Source: Octopus bimaculoides (Eukaryota). Taken from it: 64,000 nucleotides of DNA. Location: positions 15,394,452 through 15,458,451 of the forward strand of contig NC_068983.1 in assembly GCF_001194135.2 (NCBI RefSeq), read 5' to 3'. The notes beneath the pieces were generated by a model that worked only from the letters and a program-made list of their open reading frames with translations, ran no database searches and was not told the origin of the DNA. Below are positions 61,821 through 64,000 of the stretch, piece by piece; the first letter of the stretch is position 1; each line of letters starts with the position of its first letter. The position numbers and the translations under genes are program-made.

Positions 61821-63707
61821 CCCCGACAATGTATACATAAGAATAAATTCAAATATGAAATAGCGGCAACACTAGTGTAATAAACATTATTAACCACACA
61901 CATATAATGCATATTTACTGTGTGTTTACTGGAAGGCTGCAATTTGGCATACTGTTGGCAATGGGATTTAGGATAAGTTGTCTCACCTATCCATGACTTT
62001 CAGGTGTTTTAAAACCCAGTGCTGTGAGAGAGTAACCTCCACCATGCTAAACCACAGCCTACTGGCAAACACACAGTGTATATACAATAAGTCTGTGTGG
62101 TCAATATTGATTATCACATTAGCGCTGCATTTTACTGAGGCATAGTAACACTAATAACGTAGTTTTACAACACAATATACACATGCTTCAGAATAAAGCA
62201 ATAGTTAAGTGCAAAGTATAATATGAAATTAGGTAAATGTGAAGGGAGTAAGAATTATTTAATCAACTTTGTTAGCTTACAGGTGTTTCTGCTGTATTGC
62301 AGAGCACTCAGAGCTGATTGCTTGTGTATCATCTTAGAGCTTCCTTGGAAATTCTAAAAGTACAGGTTTATGGTTTATGTGGGAAAACATTTATATACAA
62401 CATGTATTAAATATATATATGTGTGTGTGTGTAACACATATTATCAGATATATACAATATATATATATATAATATATTACATACACACATGTATATATGT
62501 GTGTGTGTGTGTGTGTACGTATATCTAATCCCTTTATCTATGTGTGTGTTAGTGTATATTGTATGTATATCTGTCTATTTATATATGTATCTATCTATTT
62601 CTATCTGTATATAAATGATTTATATATCATGTGTATGTATATATATATATATATATATATCTATATATATATATATATAATTTATATATACTGTATGTAT
62701 ATATTATATATTTACATGAATATATGTGTGTCTATATGCATGTGTGTACACATACGTTCTTACATTCATCCACTTATGTTTTTCTGTTCCTTTATGTAAC
62801 TCCCCCCCCCCAAAAAAAGCATGACTCTTCTAATCCTTTCATGTATGATCATACTTGAAATCATATTTGATATCTCAGATATTTGCTCTTGGGCATAGAA
62901 ACTTCCTACAGAATTCCAATATGACATCACTACCTTTGAAGCATTTGATACACTACATTTGATATTTGTGAAGGTGGTCTCTTTCAATTCCTTTAGGATT
63001 GGTAAGATATTTATGATATTCTAATATATTTATGAAAATGTAGAAGATTGATTTAGTGATTCAGTGATCATTTAGCCATTAAAAGTACAAAGGTTCCTTA
63101 ACTGAATATAGATCAGCTTCTCACCTTACTTTAGTAGTTAATATATTTTAGTATTTCTTCATTATTTTATTTCCAAATAAATTAATTTTCTCATGCTAAT
63201 AAATGTACAATTTATTGTACATTTATTTTATTTACTAATTAATTTTACTCATCACAACTTCAGAAAGTACAGGCAAGTACCTTGCACTTGAGGTCAGAAT
63301 TATACTAAAATATGTCTGGAGTTGTATCCCTTACTTGCTGGGATATATGAAAATAGTGTGTGATAAGAAGTTTGCTTCCGAACCACATGGTCTCAGGTTC
63401 AATCCCACTGCATGGCACTTTTGGAAAGTGTCTTCTGCTATAGCCTTGGATCAACCAAATCCTTGTCAGTGGATTCAGTAAAAGAAAACTGAAAGAAGCC
63501 GGTCACATATATATATACAATAATATAAATAATATATAAACATATGCATATATCCATACATATATGTACATACCTACATCTATATGTATACATACATGCA
63601 TATATGGGTACAGGACATCACAAAAAAACGTTAAACACAATGAGAAACGAAAACAGAAAACGAACTTTTTCGAACAACGAAAAAAACAAACAGAGAAACG
63701 AGACATG

Positions 63708-63771
<64 letters not shown>

Positions 63772-64000
63772 CTATTGAGTTAGACATGGTCTGGGCCTAT
63801 ACTGGCCGAAACCTATCAAAGTTATATATATCTATATATGTATTGTTTAAAACAGTTTGATTTGGTTCTGTGCAACATCCAGTTTCACAGGCCCCTAGTA
63901 GGAGCCTGACTCCTCCAAGCTTCTGGAATGCTGAATGAAGAAGTCCAAGATGGTTACTGGAAGACAGGCTGCTATAGGTCAAGGTGGGTCACTTGATATT

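Noticed and set aside
62497-63860. YIYIYI/CVCV ORFs (also at 36789, 51745 and 52563)
   Set aside because: Dinucleotide microsatellite translations.

Overview
AT-rich (eukaryotic, almost certainly invertebrate) genomic DNA, very likely from a coleoid cephalopod (Octopus-like, inferred from the SINE/RTE repeat families and the dense (TA)n/(ATC)n microsatellites). It has seven N gaps. The window holds the 5' part of one minus-strand spliced gene, the SNF2-family ATPase RAD54L2 (ARIP4). I traced ten coding exons with GT-AG sites and checked their phases (24750-23804, 19464-19387, 18083-17839, 15502-15154, 12682-12512, 11493-11379, 10498-10271, 7981-7804, 7497-5812, 1459-1341). The gene runs off the left edge before the C-terminal helicase motifs. 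Phase arithmetic requires an eleventh exon, which appears to be hidden in the 20786-20854 gap. The standout feature is a 1686-nt exon that places a ~500-residue Asn/Ser/Met/Cys-rich low-complexity insert between the two ATPase lobes. A sharp CpG step near 50.2 kb, together with a GTAAGA donor at 52955, points to a promoter and first exon at about 53 kb, implying a ~28 kb first intron. The rest is a mosaic of transposon relics: RTE 3' ends, tRNA-derived SINEs, Tc1/mariner, pogo, piggyBac, hAT and TTAA MITEs, and Penelope-like fragments with a hammerhead-ribozyme-like motif. No rRNA, bona fide tRNA or CRISPR was found.
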